Part shown: positions 27,894 through 37,870 of the stretch, one piece after another
How positions within the stretch are numbered: position 1 is the stretch's first letter
Layout of the letters: every line of letters begins with the position of its first letter
The notes under the pieces: generated by a model
Told to the model about the DNA's origin: nothing
What the model saw: only the letters and a program-made list of their open reading frames with translations
The model's database searches: none
NCBI GenBank assembly: GCA_035761985.1
Contig: DASTQB010000206.1
Coordinates: 14,343-78,342 of the forward strand
Source of the DNA: Pyrinomonadaceae bacterium
GTDB lineage: Bacteria; Acidobacteriota; Blastocatellia; Pyrinomonadales; Pyrinomonadaceae
Direction: 5' to 3'
DNA length: 64,000 nucleotides
Made by a program: the position numbers and the translations under genes

Positions 27894-30299
27894 ATGATCA
27901 TGGACGCCTTAATTAAAGACATCCGCTATGGCGTGCGCAGCTTGTTGAAGCGGTCGGGGTTTACGGCAGTCGCCCTGGTCGCGCTCGCGCTCGGAATCGG
28001 AGCGAACACCGCGATCTTCAGCCTCGTCAATGCCGTCGTTCTCCAGCCTCTGCCTTACCAGGATCCCGATCGACTCGTCTGGGCTTGGGGAAGCCTTCGT
28101 AACATCGGCAACCGTGCGAGTGTCTCGCCGGTCGACTACCTCGACTACCGCAACCAGAACAAAACATTCGAAGTCTTCGCCGCCTCAGGCACGATGTCGG
28201 GATTCGTCAACATGTCGGGCACTGGTGAGCCTGAACGTCTCAGCGTCTCAGCGGTAACCGGAAATTACTTCGATGTCTTTGGTGTGCGTCCCGCCCTCGG
28301 TCGTGGCTTTTCACTCGAGAATGAGAAAACCGCTCAGAATCAAGTTGCTGTCATCAGCGACGAACTGTGGCAAAGACGCTTTGCGCGTGATCCGGGAATC
28401 ATCAACAAGACGATCATTCTCGACGGCAAGCCGTATCAAGTGATCGGTGTCATGGCGGCCGGCGTGAAGCTGCCGCAAGAGGCTGAGTTGTGGGTGCCGA
28501 TGGACTTCGACGGTAACCCGGAACTGAAGATGCGCCAGCTCGCCTTTCTCCGGCCCATCGGAAAATTAAAACCCGGAGTTAGCGTGGCCCAGGCGCAAGC
28601 TGATACCGATGTAATCGCAGCTCAACTCGAACAACAGTATCCGGATACGAACACCGGCCGCAGTCTTCGTCTCGTTTCGTTGCGTGAACAACTCGTCGGC
28701 GGCAGCAGCACGATGGTTTTTATTCTCTTCGGAGCCGTCGGGCTTGTGCTGCTCATTGCGTGCGCGAATGTGGCCAACCTGTTACTCGTGCGCGCCGCTG
28801 CGAGGCAGAAAGAGATCGCGTTACGCACTGCGCTCGGCGCGAGTCGATCGCGAATCTTTCGCCAGATGATCACCGAGAGTTTGTTGCTGGCCATCGCCGG
28901 CGGTGCGCTTGGCGCACTGCTGGCGGTGTGGGGAGTTGAACTGCTGGTAGCGTTGAGCGCTGACAGTTTGCCTTCCACGGTGACGATAAAGATCGATACT
29001 ACGGTGCTCGCGTTTACGTTCCTTGTTTCAATCGTAACCGGAGTGTTGTTCGGCCTGGCGCCCGCCTTCCGCACGTCGAAAGTCAATCTCACCGATTCGT
29101 TGAAAGACGGAATGCGTGGTTCAGAAGGCACGCTGCGAAATCGAACGCGCAGTTTGCTCGTCGTGTTCGAAAGCGCCGTCGCCGTGATGTTGCTGATTGG
29201 CGCGGGCCTGCTGGTGCGAAGTTTGATTGCACTGCAAAACGTAGATCCGGGGTTTGACGCAAACAACGTGTTGACATCGCGACTTAGCCTGCCGCCGGAC
29301 AAGTATGGACCGGAAAAGGGCGCGAATTTTCTCCAGCAGCTCGAGGGCCGTGTTGCGGCATTACCCGGCGTTGAAACAGTAGGTCTGATTACCGAACTGC
29401 CACTCAGTGGCCAGCTCCAGGACTTTACTTTCACGGTCGAAGGACGCCCGCCGGTAAACCCCGATCAGGCTTTCGCCACTGACTTTCGTAGTGTTAACAC
29501 AAACTACTTCAATGCGCTCCGCATTCCACTGCTGCGCGGGCGAAACTTCACCGAACAGGAAGTCAGGCAAGGCACGAACGTGATCGTCGTCAGTCAATCC
29601 CTCGTCGACATGGCGTTCCCGAATGAAGATCCCCTCGGCAAACGGATCATCACGATGTTTGGTTACCCGCAACAGATCGTTGGTGTCGTCGGCGATATTC
29701 GTCATGCGTCGCTGCAGAGCCCACCGTTTCCCACGATGTACTTCCCCGGTTTGAATCCGCGCGGGATGAATCTGGTTATTCGCACGAAGGGAGATCCGTT
29801 AAGCCTGGTCGGTGCGGTGCGCAAAGAAGTGCAGACGCTGGATCCTGACCTGCCACTCGCAGGTGTGAAGAAGATGAGTGATTGGGTCGACTCGTCAGTG
29901 GCCGCGCCGCGTTATCGCACGACGTTGCTTACGTTGTTTGCGGCGCTCGCGATGATCCTCGCCGCGACTGGAATCTACGGTGTGATGTCGTACTCAGTTG
30001 CGCAGCGAACACACGAGATTGGAGTGCGAATGGCGCTGGGTGCGCGACGATTCGACGTGTTGAAGATGGTGGTCAGGCAGGGAATGGTTTTGACGTTTGT
30101 TGGCGTGGTGCTGGGGTTGGCGGGCGCGTTTGCGTTGACGCGAGTGATTTCGTCGTTGCTGTTTGGAGTGACGGCGAAGGATCCGGTTACGTTTGGTGTG
30201 GTGGCGGCGTTGTTGATGGCGGTGGCTTTTGTGGCGTGCTTTATTCCGGCGCGCCGCGCGACGAAGGTCGATCCGCTCGTGGCGCTGCGGTACGAATAG
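27894..30299 (+). CDS. ADOP-type duplicated permease, paralog 4
   Basis: 801 aa (799 aa from ATG 27900; AAGGAG at 27887-27892). M(IM)[40 protein letters not shown]; [44 protein letters not shown]; GIYGVMSYSVAQRTHEIGVRMALGA; C-term [16 protein letters not shown]. Confidence 0.9.
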   Translation: MIMDALIKDIRYGVRSLLKRSGFTAVALVALALGIGANTAIFSLVNAVVLQPLPYQDPDRLVWAWGSLRNIGNRASVSPVDYLDYRNQNKTFEVFAASGTMSGFVNMSGTGEPERLSVSAVTGNYFDVFGVRPALGRGFSLENEKTAQNQVAVISDELWQRRFARDPGIINKTIILDGKPYQVIGVMAAGVKLPQEAELWVPMDFDGNPELKMRQLAFLRPIGKLKPGVSVAQAQADTDVIAAQLEQQYPDTNTGRSLRLVSLREQLVGGSSTMVFILFGAVGLVLLIACANVANLLLVRAAARQKEIALRTALGASRSRIFRQMITESLLLAIAGGALGALLAVWGVELLVALSADSLPSTVTIKIDTTVLAFTFLVSIVTGVLFGLAPAFRTSKVNLTDSLKDGMRGSEGTLRNRTRSLLVVFESAVAVMLLIGAGLLVRSLIALQNVDPGFDANNVLTSRLSLPPDKYGPEKGANFLQQLEGRVAALPGVETVGLITELPLSGQLQDFTFTVEGRPPVNPDQAFATDFRSVNTNYFNALRIPLLRGRNFTEQEVRQGTNVIVVSQSLVDMAFPNEDPLGKRIITMFGYPQQIVGVVGDIRHASLQSPPFPTMYFPGLNPRGMNLVIRTKGDPLSLVGAVRKEVQTLDPDLPLAGVKKMSDWVDSSVAAPRYRTTLLTLFAALAMILAATGIYGVMSYSVAQRTHEIGVRMALGARRFDVLKMVVRQGMVLTFVGVVLGLAGAFALTRVISSLLFGVTAKDPVTFGVVAALLMAVAFVACFIPARRATKVDPLVALRYE

Positions 30300-30392
30300 G
30301 ACCGATAGGACGAATAGGACCGATAGGGCGAATAGGACGAATAGGACGAATAGATAGGTCGTATAGGTCCTATAGGTCTTATAGGACCTATT
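30295..30392. repeat. Family A 9-bp-periodic repeat array (6 forward ATAGGACNN units, then 4 ATAGGTCNN units)
   Basis: aataggacc gataggacg aataggacc gatagggcg aataggacg aataggacg aatag ataggtcg tataggtcc tataggtct tataggacc tatt. Seven in-frame TAG codons at 30297, 30306, ... 30351. Confidence 0.85.
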
Positions 30393-30400
30393 GAAATCCG

Positions 30401-32833
30401 ATGGATTCGATCATCAAAGACATCCGCTTTGGCGTGCGAGGGTTGTTGAAGCATCCGGGCTTCACGGCGATCGTCGTCATCACGCTCGCCCTCGGCATCG
30501 GTGCGAGCACGGCGATCTTCAGTGTCGTCGACAGCGTCCTGTTGCGCCGTCTGCCTTACCGCAACGCCGAACGGATCGTCGCGATCCAGGAAATAAATCC
30601 CGACGGTAAGCGAATCCAAACAACGTCCGGCAACTTTCTCGACTGGCGCGCGCAGAACACAGTGTTTGAACACCTCGCCGCGATCCGGCAATCGCCTGTC
30701 AATCTCGCGCTCTCGGCCCAGGCAGAACGAGTCGAGCTCGCGCAAACCAACGCAAACTTCTTCGACATTTTCGGACTCACCCCACAACACGGCCGCCTGT
30801 TCACTCCCGACGACGAACAGGCCGGACACCAGCCCGTTGCCGTTATCAGCGACTCACTCTGGAAACGACGCTTTGCCGCCGATCCCTCACTCGTCGGCAA
30901 GCCAATTACGCTCGACGGCAGCAACTACACAGTCGTCGGCATTGCCCCTCCAGGTTTTCAATATCCCGATAAGACAGAAGTGTGGTTGCCGCCGCTGCAA
31001 CGCGTACCCGAGTTGTTCCCCGGACAGGATCTGCAAAACCGGCGCATGGGTTATCTCACGGCGGTTGCGCTACTAAAGCCCGGCGTCACGGTCCAGCACG
31101 CCGCAGGTGAAATGGAGACGATCACTGCGCGTCTCCGCCAGCAGTATCCTGACACTAACAACAAGCGCTTCAATCGCGTGGTCTCGATGCACGACCACCT
31201 GATCGGCGACACGAACAAACTCCTGTGGTTGTTGTTAGGCGCCGTGACGTTCGTGTTGCTGATCGCGTGCGCAAACGTCGCAAACCTGCTGCTCGCCAGT
31301 GGCGCTTCGCGGCACAAGGAAATGGCAATTCGCACTGCGCTCGGTGCATCGCGCTGGCGAGTGATGCGCCAGTTGTTTACGGAAAGCACGATCCTTGCAC
31401 TCACCGGTGGCGCCGCGGGTTTACTGATCGCCTACTGGGGTCTCACTGCCATCACGAAACTTCTACCCGGGAATTTCCCGCGCCTCGACGAGATTCAGTT
31501 GGACCTGCGAGTGCTCGGCTTCACGTTTGTCGCTTCCGTACTCACCGGAATTCTTTTTGGACTCGTTCCGGCACTGCAAATCTCCCGCACTGACGTTCAG
31601 GAAGCGATCAGAGAAAGTGGACGCGGCTTATCCGGAAGTCTTCGCAAGAGTCGCTTTCGCCAGGCGCTGATCGTCGGTGAGATCGCACTGTCAGTCGTGT
31701 TGCTCGCGGGTGCAGGTCTGCTCTTCAGAAGCTTCATGCGGCTCCACTCAGTGGACACTGGCTTTGTCTCGCAACAAGTACTGACGGCACGGATCACGGT
31801 CGCTGGCGCAAACTACACCGAGTTTCCTCAGTTCTTGAATTTCTACAACCAGGTGCTCGCGAAAGTCACTGCGCTTCCAGGTGTTGTGAATGCAGGGCTC
31901 ATAAATACGTTGCCGTTGGACAAAGGTCCAACCACCGGATTCAGAGTTGAAGGACGGCCGGTTACCACGCCCGACAAGTGGCCGGGGGCGAACTATCGCG
32001 TTGTCACTGCCGATTATTTTCGGGCCATGGGCATTCCGCTGGTCCAGGGTCGCGTTTACACCGAGCGCGACAACGACGATGCGCCGTACGTGATGGTGAT
32101 CAATCAGAAACTTGCTGACTCGGTGTTTCCTGGTGAGAACCCGGTCGGGAAGAGAGTCACTTTCGGCAACACCGAATCGAACGGACAGCCTCGCTGGTTT
32201 GAAATAGTCGGCGTCGTTGGAAACGTTCGCAGCGTTGAACTCCGTGAAGAGCCTGAGTCGGAGCTCTATTTCTCAGCCTACCAGGATATGTGGCCGCGCA
32301 TGTCGCTCGTCGTTCGTTCGAGCGTTGAGCCGGAGAGTTTAGGGGCTTCGGTGCGCAACGTCGTCAACGAGATTGATAAGACGATTCCTGTGTCGAAGGT
32401 AGAGACGATGGAGCATGTCGTCAGCCAGTCGATCACGCAGCCACGGTTCAATCTGTTTCTGCTCGGACTTTTCAGCACAGTAGCGATGCTGCTCTCAGCC
32501 GCCGGAATTTACGGCGTGACTGCTTACACCGTTACACAACGCACGCACGAACTCGGCATTCGTCTCGCGCTCGGCGCGCAGGTCGGCGACGTGTTGAGGA
32601 TGATCCTGCGACAGGGAATGGCGGTGATTGCAGCCGGGTTGGTTATCGGTTTGGGTTCTGCGTTTCTGTTGATGCGTTTGCTTCGAAGTTTGCTGTTTGG
32701 TGTTGGTGAGAACGATCCGTTGACGTTTGTGGCGATCACGATCGTGCTGCTGCTCGTGGCGCTGTTGGCTTGTTACATACCAGCGCGACGGGCGACGAAG
32801 GTCGATCCGCTGATCGCGCTGCGCGCCGATTAG
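30401..32833 (+). CDS. ADOP-type duplicated permease, paralog 5
   Basis: 810 aa. [41 protein letters not shown]; [44 protein letters not shown]; [25 protein letters not shown]; C-term [16 protein letters not shown]. Confidence 0.9.
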   Translation: MDSIIKDIRFGVRGLLKHPGFTAIVVITLALGIGASTAIFSVVDSVLLRRLPYRNAERIVAIQEINPDGKRIQTTSGNFLDWRAQNTVFEHLAAIRQSPVNLALSAQAERVELAQTNANFFDIFGLTPQHGRLFTPDDEQAGHQPVAVISDSLWKRRFAADPSLVGKPITLDGSNYTVVGIAPPGFQYPDKTEVWLPPLQRVPELFPGQDLQNRRMGYLTAVALLKPGVTVQHAAGEMETITARLRQQYPDTNNKRFNRVVSMHDHLIGDTNKLLWLLLGAVTFVLLIACANVANLLLASGASRHKEMAIRTALGASRWRVMRQLFTESTILALTGGAAGLLIAYWGLTAITKLLPGNFPRLDEIQLDLRVLGFTFVASVLTGILFGLVPALQISRTDVQEAIRESGRGLSGSLRKSRFRQALIVGEIALSVVLLAGAGLLFRSFMRLHSVDTGFVSQQVLTARITVAGANYTEFPQFLNFYNQVLAKVTALPGVVNAGLINTLPLDKGPTTGFRVEGRPVTTPDKWPGANYRVVTADYFRAMGIPLVQGRVYTERDNDDAPYVMVINQKLADSVFPGENPVGKRVTFGNTESNGQPRWFEIVGVVGNVRSVELREEPESELYFSAYQDMWPRMSLVVRSSVEPESLGASVRNVVNEIDKTIPVSKVETMEHVVSQSITQPRFNLFLLGLFSTVAMLLSAAGIYGVTAYTVTQRTHELGIRLALGAQVGDVLRMILRQGMAVIAAGLVIGLGSAFLLMRLLRSLLFGVGENDPLTFVAITIVLLLVALLACYIPARRATKVDPLIALRAD

Positions 32834-32846
32834 GTGCGAAGGAGAA

Positions 32847-32878
32847 ATATAGGTCCTATACGTCCTATAGGACCTATT
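32847..32878. repeat. Family A repeat hairpin (11-bp stem)
   Basis: at ataggtcctat acgtcct ataggacctat t. The arms ataggtcctat / ataggacctat are exact complements. Confidence 0.8.
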
Positions 32879-32886
32879 TCAAAACC

Positions 32887-35298
32887 ATGATCAAAGAACT
32901 GCGCCAAAGCGTCAGAAGTCTTTTGCGGCATCCGGGGTTTGCGGTTGTTGCCGTTGTCACGCTCACGCTCGCGATCGGTGTCAACACGACGATCTTCAGT
33001 GTCGTGAATGCAGTGCTGTTGAAAGCGTTGCCGTTCAGTGAGCCGGAGCAGCTCGTTTCAGTTCAGAAAGTTTCTGAGCCGGGTGGACTCCCCGGTATTG
33101 CCGCTTATCAATACCTCGCATGGAAAGACCGGAACAACTCTTTCGACGATCTCGCGGCTTTCAGTCAAGACAACTTCAATCTCACAGGCATAGGGGAGCC
33201 GGAGCGCATGTCGTGCGCGCGAGTTACCGCCAGTCTATTCACGACACTCAAAGTGCAACCGCTGCGTGGCCGCTTCTTCACGCCCGAAGAAGACAAGCCG
33301 GGTGCGAACAACGTGGCGATCGTAAGCGAGCGTTTCTGGCGAGCGCGATACGGCGCCGACGAAGGAATTCTGCAAAACGTTCTAACTTTCGACAACAAGC
33401 CTTACTCGATCGTGGGCGTGATGCCCGCGGGCTTTCGTTTTCCAGGTGAGTTTGACGTCTGGCTTCCGCTCGCGCTCGATCCTGTTGCAGAAACTCAGGG
33501 CGGCTTCTTCTCTTTAGTTGAAACCATCGGGCGTCTGAAACCGGGCGCGACTCTCGCCGCCGCGCAAACGGAACTCACTGCGATCACCCGGCAGGAATCG
33601 GAGCATCTGAAGGAGTTGTCTGCGAGTGTTGAAGTCGTGCCGCTGCAACAGCAACTTGTTTCCGGCGTTCGCCTCACCGTACTGATCTTGTGGGCCGCTG
33701 TCGGACTCGTGATGCTAATCGCATGCGTCAACGTCGCGAGCCTGATGATTTCGCGCACACTTGCACGACAACGCGAGATGGCGGTGCGTGCAGCAGTCGG
33801 CGCGCGGCGCTGGCAACTGATCCGCCAGCTACTCACTGAGAGCGTCATCGTTGGTCTAACCGGCGGCGGATTGGGCCTGCTCGTCGCGCTCTGGGGCACG
33901 CGTGCGGTGGCGGGTCTTGTTCCGAAGGGCTTTGCAACGACTGTTTACGACCTCGCAAACATTCCGCTCGACTGGCGTGTGTTTGCATTCACGTTAGGAC
34001 TATCCGTCGTCACCGGAATCGTGTTCGGGTTAGCACCTGCGCTCACAGCGTCGAAGCCCGACCTGATCGGTGCACTGCGAAACAGCCGGTCGTTTGGCCT
34101 GACGAGCTTTGGGCTGCGCAGTTTTCGCGCCTGGCTCGTTGTCGTCGAGCTCGCGCTCGCAGTCGTGCTGCTGCTCGGTGCGGGACTGCTGGTGCGAAGC
34201 TTCAACAAGTTGATGGCGGTAGATCTGGGCTTCGATCGTGAAAACGTTTTGACGTTTCGCGTGAACCTGCCTCGCTCCAACTATCCCACGCCCGCTCAAA
34301 CAAAAGCGTTTTCCGAAGCTTTATTGCAGCGCCTCAACACGTTGCCGGGTGTGCAGACTGCCGCGACCATCAACCACTCACCGCTCCAGGGCCACGCGAT
34401 CATCGCGTTCATGGGCATTGAGGGACATGGGCCGCTCGATCGAAAGAGGGATCCCGAGATCGGAGTCGGCGCGATTAACGGCGAGTACTTCAGGACACTC
34501 AAGATACCGCTGCTGAGCGGCCGTCAATACGATTCACGCGACACAAGCGCGAGCCAGAAAGTCGCGATTGTGAACGAGGCGTTTGCCAAACACTTCTTCC
34601 GCGACGTCGACCCGCTTGGGAAGCGTATCGGTTTCGGTTGCGAAGAAGCTGAAAAACTTTGCCGGACGATCGTCGGCGTAGCCGGGAACATTCGACAGGA
34701 GAGCATCACCTCGGAACCGATACCGGAGATCTACGTGCCGTTCGCGCAAATGCCGATGAACGGGATGACAGTGATGATCCGTACGGCTTCCGATCCTATG
34801 ACGCTTGCTGGAGCGGTGCGCGCGGAAGTGTTGGCGATTGATCCGAACCAACCGATCTTCGACGTCAAGACACTCGCGCAACGTGTAAACGAAGTGTCTG
34901 CCGTTTCGCGTTCGTTGATGGTCCTGTTTGCTGCGTTTGCACTGCTCGCGCTTGTCCTCGGCGCGGTCGGAATTTACGGCATCATTTCCTACTCAGTTAC
35001 ACAACGCACACACGAGATCGGAATTCGCATGGCGCTCGGCGCGCGCGCGGGCAACGTGCTGAGTTTGATCCTGAAGAACGGGCTGGCGCTTGTGTTGATG
35101 GGAATTGCGATCGGCGTCGCGGGCGCGCTCGCGCTGACACGTTTTCTGACCACGTTGCTCTTCGGCGTCACGCCTACCGACGGTGTGACGTTTGTTGTCG
35201 TCTCCGTCGTGTTCTTTTTGATTGCGATGGTGGCTTCATTGATTCCCGCTTTGCGGGCAACAAAGGTCGATCCGCTCGTTGCTCTTCGGTATGAGTGA
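32887..35298 (+). CDS. ADOP-type duplicated permease, paralog 6
   Basis: 803 aa from ATG 32887. MIKELRQSVRSLLRHPGFAVVAVVTLTLAIGVNTTIFS; [44 protein letters not shown]; [25 protein letters not shown]; C-term [16 protein letters not shown]. The track start 32770 overlaps paralog 5 and the repeat and is rejected. Confidence 0.9.
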   Translation: MIKELRQSVRSLLRHPGFAVVAVVTLTLAIGVNTTIFSVVNAVLLKALPFSEPEQLVSVQKVSEPGGLPGIAAYQYLAWKDRNNSFDDLAAFSQDNFNLTGIGEPERMSCARVTASLFTTLKVQPLRGRFFTPEEDKPGANNVAIVSERFWRARYGADEGILQNVLTFDNKPYSIVGVMPAGFRFPGEFDVWLPLALDPVAETQGGFFSLVETIGRLKPGATLAAAQTELTAITRQESEHLKELSASVEVVPLQQQLVSGVRLTVLILWAAVGLVMLIACVNVASLMISRTLARQREMAVRAAVGARRWQLIRQLLTESVIVGLTGGGLGLLVALWGTRAVAGLVPKGFATTVYDLANIPLDWRVFAFTLGLSVVTGIVFGLAPALTASKPDLIGALRNSRSFGLTSFGLRSFRAWLVVVELALAVVLLLGAGLLVRSFNKLMAVDLGFDRENVLTFRVNLPRSNYPTPAQTKAFSEALLQRLNTLPGVQTAATINHSPLQGHAIIAFMGIEGHGPLDRKRDPEIGVGAINGEYFRTLKIPLLSGRQYDSRDTSASQKVAIVNEAFAKHFFRDVDPLGKRIGFGCEEAEKLCRTIVGVAGNIRQESITSEPIPEIYVPFAQMPMNGMTVMIRTASDPMTLAGAVRAEVLAIDPNQPIFDVKTLAQRVNEVSAVSRSLMVLFAAFALLALVLGAVGIYGIISYSVTQRTHEIGIRMALGARAGNVLSLILKNGLALVLMGIAIGVAGALALTRFLTTLLFGVTPTDGVTFVVVSVVFFLIAMVASLIPALRATKVDPLVALRYE

Positions 35299-35330
35299 AC
35301 GCGGATTTACGCGGAAGAAAGACACGGATT
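35299..35330. repeat. Family B repeat (three units) filling the whole spacer
   Basis: aacgcggat ttacgcggaa gaaagacacggat t, immediately followed by the ATG at 35331. Confidence 0.75.
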
Positions 35331-37757
35331 ATGAACTCAGTAATTAAAGACTTGAGGTTTGCAGTTCGGAGCTTGTTGAAGCATCCGGCATTCACGGCGA
35401 TCGCCGTAGTCACGCTAGCGCTGGGAATCGGCGGCAGCACTTCGATCTTCAGCGTGGTCGATGCAGCGCTGTTACGTGGTTTGCCATACAAGGATCCGGA
35501 AGGTCTCTATCACCTTTGGGAACAGGTTCCGCGACAGGAATATCCGAAACGCGAGTTTTCATATCCCGATTACCAGGACTATCTGCAAAGCAACACCGCC
35601 TTCGAAGCAATCGCGGCCTACACCGGCGGCGGCGCGCTGCTCAGCGGCGACGGTGAGCCCGAGAACGTCGGCGCGCCGCGCGTGAGTGCAAACTTCTTCG
35701 ACGTGCTCGGCGTCCCGCCGATCCTCGGTAGAACATTCCGGGCCGGTGAAGATCAGCAGGGTGGACCACGAGTCACGATCCTGACTTACGGCTTGTGGCA
35801 GCGACGATTCGGCGGCGATCCGAACATCATCGGACGCGGCGTCACGATCAACGGCCAGGGCTATGAGATCATCGGCGTGCTGCCGGCGAGTTTTCAATTC
35901 GCACTCAGAAACAACGACCTGTGGCTGCCTTATCAACCAACTCAGAACCAACTCGAGCGCCGCTACATGCACGGCACCAACCTCATCGGTCGCATCAAAC
36001 CCGGAGTTGGACCAGAGGAAGCGAATTCAGCGATAAACCTCATCGCCACTCGTATCGAGCAACAACATCACGCTTCGCATGCCGGCACGACGGCGCGCAT
36101 CATCCCGCTCCAGGAAGAGATCGTGGGCACCGTTCGCCCGATCCTGTTCGTGTTGCTGGGTGCCGTTGCCTTTGTGCTGCTGATCGCGTGTGCAAACGTG
36201 GCGAGTCTCTTGTTGACGCGCGCGCTCTCGCGACAGAAAGAGGTCGCGATTCGTTCGGCGCTCGGCGCGAGTCGCTGGCGTGTGATCCGCCAATTGCTCA
36301 CCGAATCGCTTTTGCTTTCGCTCGTCGGCGGAGCCGCGGGTTTGTTGATCGCCTACTGGGGAGTGCCCGCGCTCGTTGCGTCGCTGCCTCAGAATCAACT
36401 GAACGCGATGCCGTTCCTCAAGTCACTCGGCATTAACGGCGGCGTCCTCGGTTTCTCGTTCGCAATTTCTTTGCTGACAGGTCTCGTCTTTGGTCTCGCT
36501 CCGGCGCTTCACTCATCGCGTCTCGATCTGAACGAGGTGTTGAAGGAAGGCGGTCGCAACATGTCCGCCGGCGTGGGCCAACGTTTGCGCAGTGCGATGG
36601 TCGTGACTGAGATCGCGCTTGCGGTCGTGTTGCTTGTCGGTGCTGGACTGATGATGAAGAGCCTGCTGCGGCTGTTGCAGACCAACATCGGGTTCGACAC
36701 TGAAAATCTCATGACCATGACGGTGGTGCTGCCGCCGACGAAATACACAGAGCAAACCAGGCAGATCGCATTCAACGATCAACTGCGGGAGCGCGTGCAG
36801 TCGTTGCCGGGTGTTGCGGGTGCGGGCACAGTCAACATGCTGCCCCTGCAGGCCGGCAACACGACCCGTTTTTACGTCGACGGCGATCCGGTGCCGGCGC
36901 CGGGGCAGGAGGTGGAGTCGAACATCCGCACCGTGAGTGACGATTACTTCAAGGCACTCGGAGTCCCGTTGCTTGCGGGGCGCTGGTTTGACGCGAACGA
37001 CACGGCAGACAAACCGGTGGTGGTGATCATCGGCAAGACGATCGCCGATCGCATGTTTCCCGGTCGCGATCCGATAGGGAAACGTTTGCGATACGCGGGC
37101 GTTCAGGTCGATCCATTTACGATCGTTGGCGTGGTCGGCGACATAAAGATCACGGGACTAGATGAAGCAGTGAGGCCGGTGCTCTATTACTCGTTCCGCC
37201 AGAACGGTGGAACAGTTGCCAACCTCGTCGCTCGCACAAACACGGATCCGACCACGGTTGCGAGTTCCATTCGCACCGAGATCCGCAATCTCGAACCCGA
37301 AGCAGCGATTCTCAACGTTCGCACGATGGATGAGTTGATCAAGCAGACGCCGGCGTCGTTCATGCGACGTTTTCCGGCGTTGCTGATCAGCATCTTTGCC
37401 GGTGTTGCGTTGTTGCTGGCGTCGATCGGGATTTATGGTGTGGTGTCGTATTCGGTGAGTCAGCAGACGCATTACATCGGCGTGCGAATGGCGCTCGGTG
37501 CACGGCCGTCTGACATTCTGCGGATGGTGTTGAAGCAGGGATTGGTGCTGGCGGTGCTGGGTGTTGGCATCGGTGTGCTTGCAGCGCTTGGGCTGATGCG
37601 TTTGTTGAGCACGCTGTTGTTTGAAGTGAGCACGAATGATGTCAGCACGTTTGCGATGGTCACGGGTGGGCTATTCCTGGTGGCTTTGCTGGCGTGTTAT
37701 CTGCCGGCGCGCCGGGCGACGAAGGTCGATCCGCTGATCGCGCTCCGTTATGAATAG
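35331..37757 (+). CDS. ADOP-type duplicated permease, paralog 7
   Basis: 808 aa from ATG 35331. [41 protein letters not shown]; [44 protein letters not shown]; GIYGVVSYSVSQQTHYIGVRMALGA; C-term [16 protein letters not shown]. Confidence 0.9.
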   Translation: MNSVIKDLRFAVRSLLKHPAFTAIAVVTLALGIGGSTSIFSVVDAALLRGLPYKDPEGLYHLWEQVPRQEYPKREFSYPDYQDYLQSNTAFEAIAAYTGGGALLSGDGEPENVGAPRVSANFFDVLGVPPILGRTFRAGEDQQGGPRVTILTYGLWQRRFGGDPNIIGRGVTINGQGYEIIGVLPASFQFALRNNDLWLPYQPTQNQLERRYMHGTNLIGRIKPGVGPEEANSAINLIATRIEQQHHASHAGTTARIIPLQEEIVGTVRPILFVLLGAVAFVLLIACANVASLLLTRALSRQKEVAIRSALGASRWRVIRQLLTESLLLSLVGGAAGLLIAYWGVPALVASLPQNQLNAMPFLKSLGINGGVLGFSFAISLLTGLVFGLAPALHSSRLDLNEVLKEGGRNMSAGVGQRLRSAMVVTEIALAVVLLVGAGLMMKSLLRLLQTNIGFDTENLMTMTVVLPPTKYTEQTRQIAFNDQLRERVQSLPGVAGAGTVNMLPLQAGNTTRFYVDGDPVPAPGQEVESNIRTVSDDYFKALGVPLLAGRWFDANDTADKPVVVIIGKTIADRMFPGRDPIGKRLRYAGVQVDPFTIVGVVGDIKITGLDEAVRPVLYYSFRQNGGTVANLVARTNTDPTTVASSIRTEIRNLEPEAAILNVRTMDELIKQTPASFMRRFPALLISIFAGVALLLASIGIYGVVSYSVSQQTHYIGVRMALGARPSDILRMVLKQGLVLAVLGVGIGVLAALGLMRLLSTLLFEVSTNDVSTFAMVTGGLFLVALLACYLPARRATKVDPLIALRYE

Positions 37758-37854
37758 GACCGATAGGACCGATAGGACGAATAGGACGGATAGGACCAAT
37801 AGAAGATAGGTCAAATATAGGTCCTATAGGTCTTATAGGTCCTATACGACCTAT
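37753..37854. repeat. Family A 9-bp-periodic repeat array (about 11 units, two inverted halves)
   Basis: aataggacc gataggacc gataggacg aataggacg gataggacc aatagaag ataggtcaa atataggtcc tataggtct tataggtcc tatacgacc tat. Six in-frame TAG codons at 37755 ... 37800. Confidence 0.85.
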
Positions 37855-37870
37855 CCGAGGATTGTGAATC

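Noticed and set aside
27689-27916. Small ORFs translating the repeats into PIGPIGPIG / [11 protein letters not shown] / IGRIGRIGRI peptides (27689-27916 +, 29882-30394 + tail, 37660-37881 -, 2222-2437 -)
   Set aside because: The periodic peptide is a by-product of a 9-bp DNA repeat. These ORFs overlap real genes, lack ribosome-binding sites, and differ in frame and strand from locus to locus.
32770-32886. Upstream-extended starts of paralogs 6, 7 and 10 in the ORF track (32770, 35295, 42626)
   Set aside because: The extensions overlap the 3' end of the preceding paralog and/or translate family A/B repeats (..KYRSYTSYRTYFKT.., ..NADLRGRKTRI..). In every case an internal ATG reproduces the family-typical N-terminus (32887, 35331, 42788).
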